A stretch of DNA of 63,931 nt, counting the filler, from Bonamia ostreae (lineage: Eukaryota): assembly GCA_040357525.1 (NCBI GenBank). It is 40 parts of 40 records of this genome, joined end to end, with 100 filler letters (N's around TTAATTAATTAA, not from the genome) between each part and the next. Parts side by side here need not be neighbours in the genome. Positions count along the whole stretch, not along the records: positions 49,733 to 51,224 come from JBDODL010001717.1; positions 51,325 to 52,814 come from JBDODL010001718.1; positions 52,915 to 54,403 come from JBDODL010001719.1; positions 54,504 to 55,992 come from JBDODL010001720.1; positions 56,093 to 57,581 come from JBDODL010001721.1; positions 57,682 to 59,170 come from JBDODL010001722.1; positions 59,271 to 60,758 come from JBDODL010001723.1; positions 60,859 to 62,345 come from JBDODL010001724.1; 32 more parts are not named here. One strand, given 5' to 3'. The notes under the pieces are model-generated. The model was given only the letters and a program-made list of their open reading frames with translations, did not search any database and was not told where the DNA came from. Below are positions 50,416 through 62,899 of the stretch, piece after piece. Position 1 is the first letter of the stretch, and each line of letters opens with the position of its first letter. The translations under genes were made by a program, and so were the position numbers.

Positions 50416-51224
50416 TCATTTAATGTCGGACAAATATAAGCTCCGTTCATACAAATCGAACACGTTATTTCTTTCTTCAACTTTCGACTTTCAAGATTGG
50501 TTAAAAAACTTTAAAATCGTCATTTCGATGAACGTAATCGGAAACTTCTTTGACGTCCAATAAATTTGTCGTCTAAAATTGGTCAAAATAGTAAAAACGT
50601 CATATTTTCGCAAAAGTTCTCCGATTTTAATGGCTTCGAAAACAAAAAGCGGATTCAGTCTTTCTGTTCTTCTTTTCATTTTTTCAGCCATTTTTTCGGA
50701 CTTTTTGATTTTTTTAAGCTGTTTACAAATGTCTTTTAAAATGTTTAGTTGGCGGTTGGTTTCTTCATCTAAAGTTTTTATTGTGCGAGGAGAGCCGTTA
50801 TTTAAATTCGGGCGCCCAAAATTTGGATTTCGGTTTAACAATGGCGGCGCAGGCGGAATTTTAAAGTTTCGATCGCCCGATTTCAATCGCAAAATTTTTT
50901 TGCTCAAAGTCGAATTTCTTTTCGATTTTGGCGATGAAAAGGCTAATTTCCATTTCGGTGGTTTTTTGGGGCTTTTTTGATTGATTGATCGAATGTTAGA
51001 TTTTTTAAGTTCTTTTTTGATTTTTGGGATATTTTTAGAGCGATTTTGTTTTTTGTGTGTTATTTTTTTGTTTGTGGATATTTTTTCTGTTTGGCTTATT
51101 TTTGCGAATTCTTTTATATTGGATAGAACAAAAGACAAAAATTTTGAAGCTTTTGGGAATGTTTTCCAAAAAGAAAAGTGTTCGTTGAAATCGATTTGGA
51201 TTGGTCGTACGATGTGCAGAATTT
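50416..51224 (-). CDS. Lys-rich hypothetical protein, 3' part
   Basis: Long ORF extended through 26-nt (50573-50598) and 22-nt (50488-50509) GTTTTT..AG introns to TGA. Confidence 0.6.
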
Positions 51225-51324
51225 NNNNNNNNNNNNNNNNNNNNNNNNNNNNNNNNNNNNNNNNNNNNTTAATTAATTAANNNNNNNNNNNNNNNNNNNN
51301 NNNNNNNNNNNNNNNNNNNNNNNN

Positions 51325-52741
51325 GGAAAACGATTTTTGCAAATACAAAGAGAAGAAGTTGTTTGGATCCACTTCCGACCTGCGAAAAAATATGCGAAAA
51401 AATCAAATGCGAAAACGGTCATTTCTGCACTAAAAAATGCCACGATTCGCAGTGCCCGAAATGTCGAAAGAAAGTTGTAAAAACGTGTGATTGCGGATAC
51501 AAACAATTTTCGTTGCCTTGTTTCAAATTTAAGGTTAAACAATATTTGGCCAAAACAAAAATAATTATCCAAAAATAAAAATAATTAGCAAAATCTAGAT
51601 TTAATAAAATCAAAAAAAGGGAAAAATGATCAAATGCAAATCGATTTGCAAAACTTTATTAAATTGCGGAAGGTTGCTTTAAATTTAGCCGATAGACATT
51701 TTTGCGAAACGCAATGTTGCGCTCACAGAAGAAATGGCGCAAATCATATCTGCGATAAAATTTGCCAAAAATTGCTAAGTTGTTCGATACATCGCTGTGA
51801 GGAGCAATGTCACAGTGCGGAATGTCCATCATGTCGAGTTCAATATCAGAATGGTCTAATTTGCAAATGCGGGAATACAAAAATCGGAGGATTCTTTTTT
51901 TGCGGAGATAAAAAATTGATTTGCAACAACCGATGCTCTGAAACGCTTTTGTGTGGCCACAAATGTAAAAAAGCTAAATTTTAAAAACTAAATTTTAAAT
52001 AACATTTAAATTTTTATTTTTACGGTTAAATTATAATTTTGTGAAAATTAGGAAAAAGCTAAATTTTAACGTGAATGCTAAATTTTAACAGGTTTGAAAA
52101 AATGTCATTTCGGGGAATGTCCTCCGTGTTCTCAGTTAATAGAAATTGACTGTTACGGAAAACATAAAAAGATAAAAGTGAAATGCAAAATATTGCTGAA
52201 ACAGAAATCGGTTTCTTGTGGAAACTTTTGCGACAAAACAAAACACTGCGGAATTCATAGCTGCAAAAGAAAATGTCACGAAAAAGACGGGAAAATTTTT
52301 TGCAGCAAAGACGACGAATCAATGTCTTGTGGAGACATTTGTTTATTGAGAATGAATTGTGGACATTTCTGTAAACGAAAATGTCACCCGTTTTCTAAAG
52401 CTAAAATTTGGCTAAAATTTAGATTTTTGAGTCGTAATTTGAATGATTAAAATTTTTATTCAATTTTAATTTTTACCATTTTGAAAAAAATTTAGCAAAG
52501 TCGATTGTGAAAATTTCAAATGTGAAGAAATGGTAACGATAAAATGTGTTTGCGGCCGAATTGAAAAATCGGGGAAATGTGAGAACACTGCGGAACGCAA
52601 GAATTTGAACTGTGACGGAAAGTGCGAGGCGAAAAAGCGCGCAGAAGATTTTAGAAAGGCTTTTGGAATTAAAAAAGCGGGTTTGGTGAGGAACAAAGAC
52701 ATATTTGAAAATAATTTTTGGAAGAATTGCGATCTTTCGCA
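51325..52741 (+). CDS. NFX1: NF-X1-type zinc-finger protein (NFX1/FAP1/shuttle craft-like), internal part
   Basis: Repeated CG.H.C...CH...C..C fingers and LNCDGKCEAKKRAEDFRKAFGI. Introns include a 23-nt one at 51673-51695. Confidence 0.88.
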
Positions 52742-52914
52742 GTTTTTTTAGATCAAATTTGCTTTTTATTATTATTTGCAATCAAATTTGCTTTTATTTT
52801 ATTATTAAATCTAANNNNNNNNNNNNNNNNNNNNNNNNNNNNNNNNNNNNNNNNNNNNTTAATTAATTAANNNNNNNNNNNNNNNNNNNNNNNNNNNNNN
52901 NNNNNNNNNNNNNN

Positions 52915-54262
52915 AATTGTTATCTTCGCCACAGCTTAAAATTAATTTTTCGTCTCTTTTTTAAATTTTAAATTTTTTTCGAATAAAACTTTGATACGAC
53001 AAAATCTAAAATTTGATCCGAATGCACGTCAAAAATGCTACAGATATCCCCTGAACGATAATCGACGCTAACAATTTTGCCATTATCTAACGCGCAAACG
53101 ATTAAAGGTTTTGTAACCAATGCTTTGGCTACAATGATTCCACTCTAAAATGATTTTGAAAACTTTCAAATTTAGTTTGAAACGTTTTCGTTTAGTACTT
53201 ATATCCCAAACTCCAAGGGAGCCATCCAAACTCGTCGCGAAAACAAATTTATCGCTTTTTATAATTAGAAAAGTTTTGGAAAAATTGTTTTTTGGAAAAC
53301 GCAATTTTATATTTTTCGCTCATTTGAGCAAAAATCTTAAAAACAAATTGCATAATGACGCAGATTCAACAGAGGTTGTTCCGCAGTCTAATTGGAATGC
53401 GATGTTTCCACTTTTTAAAGAAATGACGACACAAGATCCGTTTACAGTTGAAGCAATGATTATTTGGCTCGAAATGGAAACATTTGTAATTTGCGAATTT
53501 AAATTTGGCAAATAACGTTCAAACGAACCGTCTCCATAATTCCATTGAAAGATTTGACCGTCATCTGAAGCTGTTATGGCGTTTGTTCCTTCAAAATCTT
53601 TAATTTTTAAAAAAAATTTATCGCCTTTCAAAATAAAAATTTTGATCTATCTGAAAATTTTAAGAGCGAAAATAAACTTTGCAACGAAAAAAAATAGAAA
53701 ACCGCAAAAATCTCCACAAGAAACAGATTTTAAATGTCGTGCAAATGCGCTCATAAAAGGATTTTCTAAGTCCGATAAATTGAATGTCCAACAAGTTCCA
53801 TCTGCACTGCCCGAAAGAACATAATCATAATTTTTGTGCACTTTTATCCACTTTTAAATAAAATTTATTAAAATTTGTTTTTTGATCAACCGTAAAAAGG
53901 ATTGACAGATTTTCGTTAAATAAATTTATAAAAACATTAATTTCTTTGGACGGCCCATCAAGCGATTTCAAAAAAGTGCCGTCAGAAACTGAATAAACTC
54001 TTATTGTGCCATCCATCGAAGCGGTCAATATTTTTGAAAAGTCAACATTAAAGGACACTGATATAACCGAATCTGAATGTCCGGTTAATGCTTTAAATTC
54101 TAGTGGTTCGCTACTTCGAACATCGCATTTCCAAAGATACGCCAAGTCGTCTCCGCCCCCGGAAATAGCTTTAAATCCGTCTTCACTCAAATCAACGCTG
54201 TAAACAGAATCTGTGTGTTGATAAAATCCGTTGAATGCGTTTTCTTCGCCTTTTTCAGTCAT
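52915..54262 (-). CDS. WD40 protein AAMP/SQT1-like (Rpl10 chaperone family)
   Basis: HTDSVYSV..AISGGGDDLAYLW, GHSDSV...TASMDG, LDGPSKEINWI.VH..VLSGSADGTCW and ATSLDGSLGVWD. Confidence 0.85.
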
Positions 54263-56224
54263 TTTAAGCTTTAGACGATCTAGTTTATCCAAATTAATTT
54301 CTTATAATTGCTTGATAAAGTTTATTTAATCGATAAAATTCTACATCGGCTAACCTCCAAAAAACGAAGCGCTTCCTCGCACCAAAGGATGAAATATAAA
54401 GTGNNNNNNNNNNNNNNNNNNNNNNNNNNNNNNNNNNNNNNNNNNNNTTAATTAATTAANNNNNNNNNNNNNNNNNNNNNNNNNNNNNNNNNNNNNNNNN
54501 NNNTGGTTTTGATTTTTATCTATGAAGCATCAATTAAATCTGGTAATATTTGTTTTGATATACATTGATAAACTTAATTCATTATATGAAACATTCCAAT
54601 AGCATTGGTTGATACAACAGAGTGAATTGGAGAATGTATGTGCATGTAATTGAGATACTTTATGCATTCACATCACTGTCAACTATTCCTCAGATTATAA
54701 TAAAACACCAGAACAAACGAAATTACTGTAGTATTGAATAGATCATAGATATACAATATTACGCCAAAAACTATTTTCTATGAAAAATAATAATTTGAAA
54801 AATCGTACCAACTGGGAAACACATGGCAAGTTTTAAGCATTACCGGTAAACCTTGCCTGCTTCTTATACTACCAAAAATCAGCGTAAGACATCTAGCTAC
54901 TTTTTAACAAAAGCTAAACAATGTCCATTTGTGTACATATACATACAAATTAATTGTGTGGACTGAACCTCTCACGAAGCAGAGGCAGTATTAGTTAAAA
55001 TGGACGAAAATCAATGCTTATGAGAAAACAAACTGTCCATTTGATATCAATTTCCAGGGACGTAGTTAGCACCATACCCTATATAGTTATCACATATTTG
55101 TTGTCTAGCCCGACACGAAGTGACGAGAAGGGGGAGGTGGGGTAGGACCGCACCTCGCCAAGGGTCGGGGGTCGAGAAAAAAATGAAAAATAAGGACTGT
55201 TTTACTTTACTTAAGAACTCCAACTTGTACAATTTATTTTCATATCATTGAAGTAGCAACAAGGGAGGGGGGACTTATTTAAGAGTGTAATTTTCTAGTT
55301 GTCTTAGTTGCGTCCCTCCCACCTTTATAGAACAGTAGTAAGCGGTTTGGAATATTAATATTTCTACTGAATTGAGCCACCACTACTACAGGATTGTGGA
55401 CATTATTTCATGAGAAAGATCCATTCAATAATTGTTCTAGGTTTTGTTTATACAGAATATATTTGGAACTCTAAAACAAGCAGTTTCCCGATCACAGTTT
55501 ATTTCATTATTGAGTGAATTCCTCAAAGCTTGGACCCAGAATTACAATTGATGAATACTATGCACATATTTTTGAGCGAATCATTGAAAAAACTTCTTTC
55601 TAAAACAATATGATACTCATAATCAAGCTGCATTAAAAGTAAACTTTGAAATAACATTAACTGACATATAGGTCAACTGTATGTATAAAATGTTAATGTT
55701 ATAGGCCTAATACAAGTCAACAGCGAATGACTAGGAAACATATCCTGACACTGGATGTAATCAGTTATACATAATTGTTGTTAAAGAAGCTACTCCACTT
55801 TTTGAATTATTCATTAAATATTTTTTCAGCATTAATTGTCGTCTGATATATCGTATGCTAATAGTTTATTATTATTTTTATATTAAACTACATATGAAGC
55901 TTTTTTTCTCAATGTACGACTACACATTTGCTCCTGATGGAGCCATAAAATATTCAACAACGTTTGTATTACGACAAAGACTTTTCACGTCANNNNNNNN
56001 NNNNNNNNNNNNNNNNNNNNNNNNNNNNNNNNNNNNTTAATTAATTAANNNNNNNNNNNNNNNNNNNNNNNNNNNNNNNNNNNNNNNNNNNNTTGTCAAT
56101 AATTTGTTCATATTATATTCTAAATTCCTATAATTTTTATGAAAAACGGCAATTTTTTTGTACTCAGAAAGGTCGGTTTGGGGGGAGGGTGCTATTCTCA
56201 ACCTTTATCAAATTTATTCATGAC

Positions 56225-56482
56225 AATACATGGAATCCCATCTAAACTTTTGGAACGGCCTGCACTATCTACGGACAGCAATCCCATCGAAAATATTTGT
56301 GGATACATGGCCAGAGATATTTATCCAAACGGACTCCAATATGACTCAACAGAAGAACTTATTAATGCAATCAAAAATTCACGGGAAAATATTCACCTAC
56401 ACAATCAATAAAAATGATAGATGGAATGCACAACCGTTACATTAGCTTAATATTCCAAAAAGGTAGAAAAATGAATTACTAG
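56225..56482 (+). mobile_element. Degenerate Tc1/Tc3-like DDE transposase C-terminus
   Basis: LLERPALSTDSNPIENICGYMARDIYPNGLQY (cf. WPA.SPDLNPIENLWG), then frameshifted MIDGMHNR..FQKG..MNY*. Confidence 0.85.
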
Positions 56483-56845
56483 ATGCATAAAAATGTATTA
56501 AATGTTTTCAAATCCTCTTTTTATAAAGTAAACCTATCTTCTTTTAAATTTAAAATCTTTATATATTGCATAATACTATATAATCAATTTAGCAACTCTA
56601 CTCTTACCTATTTTTTCCAACTCTTTTAAGGAAATTAAAGATTTAATTTAGCAATTTTAAATTTTAGAACAATTTTTTCCATATAAAAACTGAAAAAAAT
56701 ACAATAAAACCTAAAATCTATAAAACCGATAAATTTCTTAACTTATTATTGAACAAAACATACAGATAAATACATATATCCTTTTAATTGTTTTTGTATA
56801 AATAAAAAGGTAAAAGTTTAGGCAAACTTTGCTAATCTTTAAATT

Positions 56846-57581
56846 ATGTCCAGTAAACAAAAAGAGCCATTAAAAAAAATTGGAAATTCTAGTATATTAC
56901 CTAATAACCAAGATCATAAATGCACAAATTGTTCTTTAAAAAGGAGATTATTCAAATGTCAATTTTGCAAAAAATTCTTTTGCTCAATTTGTTCAGATTA
57001 TTTTAAGAAAGATTATTCCTGTATTATCTTAAACGAAAATTTGGCTTCAGATTTAATTTATTCCTGCTACAATTGCAAAATTCGAAATTTAAAAAATAAC
57101 AATGAATACGAAAAATACATAAATTCAAGAAAAACATTTAATTTAAATATAAATCAAAACATTGTTAGAGAACCAGATTGGGTGAATAAAAATTATAGTT
57201 GCCAAAAATGCAACACAACGTCCATAAATAAAAAATTTATCTGTAATCTTTGTGGAGAAACTTTGTGTGAAAAATGCAAGATGTTTTATTATGGAAACAA
57301 AGATATATATGAAAATCCGTTTAATAAAAGTTTTTTACAAAATTTTTAGATGCAATTAAAACTTTATGTCATGAATGTTATTTTTTGCTATTTACGGATT
57401 TAAAAATAGAAAATAATGGTAAAAAATACACAAACAATTTACTTTATGGGTTTTCGGAAGATATTAAATGCGTTTACAGAGAAAATTCGTCATTAGATTG
57501 TTCATCTTGTTTAATCAAATCGAAAAAAAATCATACATGCTCATTCTGTTGCAAAAATTATTGTAAAATGTGTATTAGGTG
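56846..57581 (+). CDS. Second tandem FYVE-like 8-Cys zinc-finger protein, 5' part
   Basis: CTNC..CQFCKKFFCSIC..CYNC, CQKC..CNLCGETLCEKC..CHEC and CSSC..CSFCCKNYCKMC. 20-nt intron 57330-57349. Confidence 0.75.
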
Positions 57582-59277
57582 NNNNNNNNNNNNNNNNNNN
57601 NNNNNNNNNNNNNNNNNNNNNNNNNTTAATTAATTAANNNNNNNNNNNNNNNNNNNNNNNNNNNNNNNNNNNNNNNNNNNNGTATATAGTATGAATTATA
57701 TATTTAGCTCAGTCCAGCCAAATATTTAGGTGATGGATTCATATCCAGTTGTTCATTGTTCATCATTGCCATTGGTTTTTCAATTTTTTTCTCTGAATAT
57801 GCTTGAGCATTTGGCATCAAACTAGTGTAACTTCAGTGGTGATATTCATACAAACTCAGGCACTTAGTGTATGGCCTATGCAATCCCTCCCCACCGTTTT
57901 AGATTTCTGATCTGAGGTTGACAAAATGATATGCATTAAAATCATCGACATGGAAATTTGTCTTCTATGATACATGTATGTACTACTGAAAAATAACGTT
58001 ATCAGTTATCATAAGAAGATAGAAAAGAAGGAGTTAATTTCTGTTGCCAGTTTCACCTGGTTTAAACGCCTGGGTTTTCATTTAAAGCAAGTCAACACAT
58101 TCGAGAAACATATATCTATAAATAGGTTAAATATTCGTCTTTAGTTCTTTTTCCGCCATATTTCTAGAACTCGCCAATATCTAATTATAGAGATCAAATC
58201 ACTCAAAATCAAAATCAATTTCGTTGCCTAGCATCAACAGGTCCGGAACTGTATGAATGATAACCTAGACTAACATTGACATTATGCACACGTTGACGCC
58301 CGAAGCGTTCGAAAGAGATACGTTAGTCGAGACATTCAAACTGGGAAAAAATCCATTTTTGTAAATGATAAGAAAATTAGATTCTGCCAACAAGAAAATC
58401 GTTGCATGTTAATTACATCATTTATGTTGAGACATTTAGATGTAAAGGACAGCTATTGCAAGTTACAAAAATATAACAAATCAAGGAATAATTTAGAACA
58501 GATTGATATTACAGGCACGTAAATTATATATTAATAATTTATATTACAGGCACGGGTTATTGCTGCCAGCAAGCTTTTCTGATAACGAACATTATTCTTA
58601 TTCTGTAATGTAAATCAAATATATATATTTCAACAAAAGTTGTAAATAAGAAGATCGTCAGCTTGAAGTTGTTATATAATAGTAAAATACTTCCACCCCT
58701 AACCACCACGAATTAAGAATGTCTGTCGATTGTTTAAAGGCATTTCGAGTAGAAGACTTCATCCTTTAGCCTCTAAAATGGGAAAGAAAAGGAACATCTT
58801 TTTACTTTGTTTTTTTTTTTTGGTTGTCAATAAATGTTGAGAAAGATATCTTTCCATCAGCCACCCTTTAAAAACGATAATACCTATCTTTTTATATCAA
58901 TGTGTTAAATTAAAAAATAAAAACATCAATCTCACAGGTTTAGATTTCAATATTCTCAACGGTTCGCCAGGTTACACTCAAAGGGACTCTATCTTTCGTC
59001 TCTCAATTAGACTTTGGTTTAATCTTTTACATTTGGCATTTTAAATATTGTTTCCTCTGATAGTTCATTTGCTGGACAAAACGAATTTCTATGCATGATT
59101 TCATTCATCAACACATTTCTATGGTTGCTGATTTGTGCCACTTTACAATTTGTCCTCTTGCCGTCTTTTCNNNNNNNNNNNNNNNNNNNNNNNNNNNNNN
59201 NNNNNNNNNNNNNNTTAATTAATTAANNNNNNNNNNNNNNNNNNNNNNNNNNNNNNNNNNNNNNNNNNNNTAAGAAC

Positions 59278-59371
59278 AAAAATCGCACTAAGGCCGTTTT
59301 AGGTCCCATTTCAGCATTATGGTACTTTCAAAATACTGAAATCGGACCTAGAATGACCTTAGTGTGATTTT
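59278..59371. repeat. Imperfect inverted repeat (hairpin, ~40 bp arms), probably part of a host non-autonomous element
   Basis: aaaaatcgcactaaggccgttttaggtccc-atttcagcatt pairs with aatactgaaat-cggacctagaatgaccttagtgtgattttt. Confidence 0.8.
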
Positions 59372-59829
59372 TATTTTTAAATAGCACAATTATGTTCTAT
59401 TGAATACTTTACATACTTGTAAATATCTCAGTGTTGAATTGAAGGCACATAAAACTGTATGCATTAATTTACATACGTCAATTTTGAAATATTCATAATT
59501 TTAATTCAAACAAACTTTTATTTTGACGAGGGATATCTATCTGTCCTGCAATGTCTATGTGCAAATAAAAAGTGCCTAAAGTGTCCGAAATGCAGAATTT
59601 GAATTTGAGGCAAAATCCTTCATCCCCTACTTGACCCAAATCTTCCGGCTTCGATGAGAATTGTGCGTTCATAATCTCAAAGTATTCCATTCTCGATGAA
59701 GATTGTTCCGATTTCACTGAGAACCGTTCCGTACAAACACTTCAGCATTCGTTCCCCAAACAAACCGTTCAGTGTTCGTTTACTGTTCCACTGATGTAGT
59801 AGTAGGCTGATATATCAGTAGCCTCCCTG

Positions 59830-60340
59830 GATTTAAAAACCTTATATGCAGAGCACGCGCTTGCATATGTGTATCGAACCAGCGGGGAGGCATAAACAGG
59901 GTATGCAGGTGATAATGTTATATTGTTTAAATATGGAAAGTTGACGTTGGACAAGCAAATATTCTGTTTGTCATATTGTTGAATTGTTAGTTTGACATCA
60001 ACATATATGTTCAATAGAATATCCGATTCGGAAGCAGATGTATAAGATTATGTGCTGTCTCAAATTTCACTATTGATGGGATAAATCAAATCGAAATATG
60101 GATAAAAATGGGCATTGCTCTTAGATGAAACATTGTCCATATATCTAAATGCTCTGTAAGAATATGAATGCAGGCCAGCTATTAATAGAGAACAATNNNN
60201 NNNNNNAATTCGTGCCCATAGGAATTCCAAAACATGTGTTTGAAGACCTGATCATCAAAGTCTACGGAGATATTGAGGAAATCCATCGGCTTTTGCTTTA
60301 AACTTTAGATACTTACGCGTAGAGTTAAAGTATTTTTAAC
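59830..60340 (-). mobile_element. Degenerate Penelope-like retroelement RT/thumb region
   Basis: KLTIQQYDK...VNFPYLNNITLSPAYPVYASPLVRY..ACSAY matches the PLE consensus LYDKRDDF.IVNFP.L.SNIP.SPAYGVY.SQL.RYARACS. Confidence 0.7.
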
Positions 60341-60613
60341 AAAGTAATGATTTTGGATAACTAATCACAAGATATTAAGATTTCCTTCACAGTAGTATAT
60401 TTGTAATATGGTTCTAGCATTGCTTGAGATCTTTACTATGAACTCGTCGTACAAACATAGATTGCATACTTAATGATTTTTCAAGCTGGATAAATGCACC
60501 TTATATCTCAAGTATGCACTACACTGGGACTTATACTTAATGATGACTTTGATTACGAATAGTACATAGTTAAACATAAAGTAAAGTTTAAACAAAAGGA
60601 GAGATAGACTTAC

Positions 60614-60758
60614 CTTTGGTTTTAATTGCCTCTGTTATTATCATTTTTCTTTTTCCAAGAGAGAGACCGGTGTCTTTCAATTCTTCAACTGTCATGTCTT
60701 GCAGCAGTTTTAGAGTAATGTCAACTTTCTTTAGCGTATCTATTGTATCCTCCAGTCC
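60614..60758 (-). CDS. SAM (sterile alpha motif) domain exon, host
   Basis: GLEDTIDTLKKVDITLKLLQDMTVEELKDTGLSLGKRKMII followed by a GTAAGT donor. Confidence 0.75.
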
Positions 60759-61199
60759 NNNNNNNNNNNNNNNNNNNNNNNNNNNNNNNNNNNNNNNNNN
60801 NNTTAATTAATTAANNNNNNNNNNNNNNNNNNNNNNNNNNNNNNNNNNNNNNNNNNNNTGTATTTTGTATTGGTCATAGGAGTTATGCAATTATTAATGT
60901 TGGTTATCTTCACCTCACACTGTACCGTGTTAGTCTGATTTTGTTTCTTTTTTACCGAGTACTCGACTATCGTTCGACTTAAGCTTTTGAGAATTCGATC
61001 AGGCTATCCAATTACAACTGATACCCCTAATTTATATGTATGATATTGTACCGACTCCCCCTACATTTATTCTATTCACAATACGTTGAATGTAGTCAAG
61101 AAAAATACAACACCAAAAACTAAACCACGAACATTATATTTTTTAAACAACAACATTGATCATAGTTCTGGTCCTTTCTGTAAGATTAAGTTGACATGA

Positions 61200-61825
61200 T
61201 TACTGAATTGCTGTTAAATAGGTAGGCCTCCATTTGTCACCGGGGTCCGCGTAAGAATGTCTTTCTTTACACAGCACAGAAGGTAACGGCTCAATGTAGT
61301 TTTCAACTGTCGTGACTTTCTCGTCAAATTCATTTCCTGTAATTTCTGATACGTCTTCGTAGGTGGGATATATCTTTTCGATCTCGCGCATTGATATCAT
61401 TGGTGATTTTGAAGATTCCAGACTGGGGGCATCTTCCACAGGACTAGAATCCACATTTCCCAGAGAGGCAGCATTTTCATCTGTGATATTTAGAGGCGGT
61501 GGCGAGAGTATCTTATTATTTCCTGATTCTATAGACACGTTATTACATCTTTTACATATACACTTAAAAAACAAAACAGTAAGCAAGATAAGAACTAGCG
61601 TTGACAAAACTCCTGTACATACAATCCATAGGGATATCTGATTATCTATGTTCACTGCATTAGTTCGATAAGTAGCGGTACTCTCATCGAATTGTGGTAC
61701 ATACTCCGATTGATACAAAAACTGCACTTGGGTCGTTCTATGTAATTCGTCCCCCGCTTCATTGTTTATAGTCTTGTTTGGAAATGATGTAAAACTTTGG
61801 GAAGTTTGCGCTTCTGTTTCTGAAA
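61200..61825 (-). CDS. Last exon of a host single-pass membrane protein with a Tyr-motif cytoplasmic tail
   Basis: ttccag acceptor, TM LWIVCTGVLSTLVLILLTVLFF, and YEDV, YIEP, YADP and YLTA motifs. Confidence 0.7.
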
Positions 61826-62289
61826 CTGGAATTATTGAAATTTAAACAACATATTTATGAGAGTTTTTTTTTTGCATTATATTCAGTTGAGATTAATATT
61901 ATTCTGGACAGACTTTAGCATTTAGGATTTATGCATCAAGCTCTACTATTTAAATAATAGTATACGCATCACTTTCAATTTTCATTCTATCAATTTGAAT
62001 TTAAAGATTATCATCTTTTGTACAATATGTATTGGGGAACAAAATAGGATGTGCCAGAGTCTAAGCGATTAAAGGTTTATAATTACATTGCAATTTGAAT
62101 ATATCTTGGCCTATCTTGGCAATTATTTTTTAGATGAATATTATCAAAACTATCTCTAACCTTTTTCCAAACATCAATTTCAAAGATTTTTGTTAAATCC
62201 AGCTAAATTAAAGTGTCAGTGATTCCCATGGGGAATCAACGTATGAACATCGGGATCCTTTTTACATTAAATTTTTCATGAATTGACTC

Positions 62290-62345
62290 AAGGCCGGTGT
62301 GACCGGTCGGCAGAGGATGCTACTTCTCCTAGGCATTTGATTCCA
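62290..62345 (+). repeat. Common bivalve repeat (Penelope-like 3' tail); its downstream part opens the same contig at 60859-60915
   Basis: ggtgtgaccggtcggcagaggatgc..ctcctaggcatttgat and ataggagttatg..gttatcttcacct motifs (from recall). Confidence 0.55.
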
Positions 62346-62445
62346 NNNNNNNNNNNNNNNNNNNNNNNNNNNNNNNNNNNNNNNNNNNNTTAATTAATTA
62401 ANNNNNNNNNNNNNNNNNNNNNNNNNNNNNNNNNNNNNNNNNNNN

Positions 62446-62772
62446 GGCGGTATGAGACGAATAAATTAATAACAGAATGACCGAGCTGAAGAGTAAAACA
62501 ATACTGAATACAGTTTTATCTGGAGTGGAGCTGCAGTCTCAGTGTGTACATCTACTTATCGATCAAGTTGTGTGTCTATTACCCAAACTCCAAACCCTAT
62601 ATAGTTAATGAACACACTCCCCTCTACTTATAAAACCGTTCTATAAAACTGTATAATAGTATATAAAATAATCCGAAGATAACACAATGCAAGACATTTC
62701 TTGTTTAAAGAAACAAGAATGCTTATGTCCAAAACACGGACACCATTCTCCTTGGTCATTCGGAGGGATACA
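62446..62772 (-). repeat. Probable 3' LTR of the Gypsy element
   Basis: On the minus strand a purine tract AGGGAGAGG directly precedes TGTATCCC at 62772. TATAAG box inside. Confidence 0.5.
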
Positions 62773-62899
62773 CCTCTCCCTGGCTACTTTGTGAAGGGGT
62801 CAATTTTTCGTTGTAGTCAAGACCAAATACACTATCATCTACTTCCACGTTAGAGCACGTCCTATAACTGAAATTGACTCGAAGACTTGACTTATTTTT

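Noticed and set aside
54300-54403. GC-richer stretch upstream of the AAMP-like gene, considered as a possible snRNA
   Set aside because: No convincing U1/U2/U4/U5/U6 motifs. It may be the end of a neighbouring CDS; an Infernal search would settle it.
60197-60206. Short N10 run
   Set aside because: Ordinary within-scaffold gap
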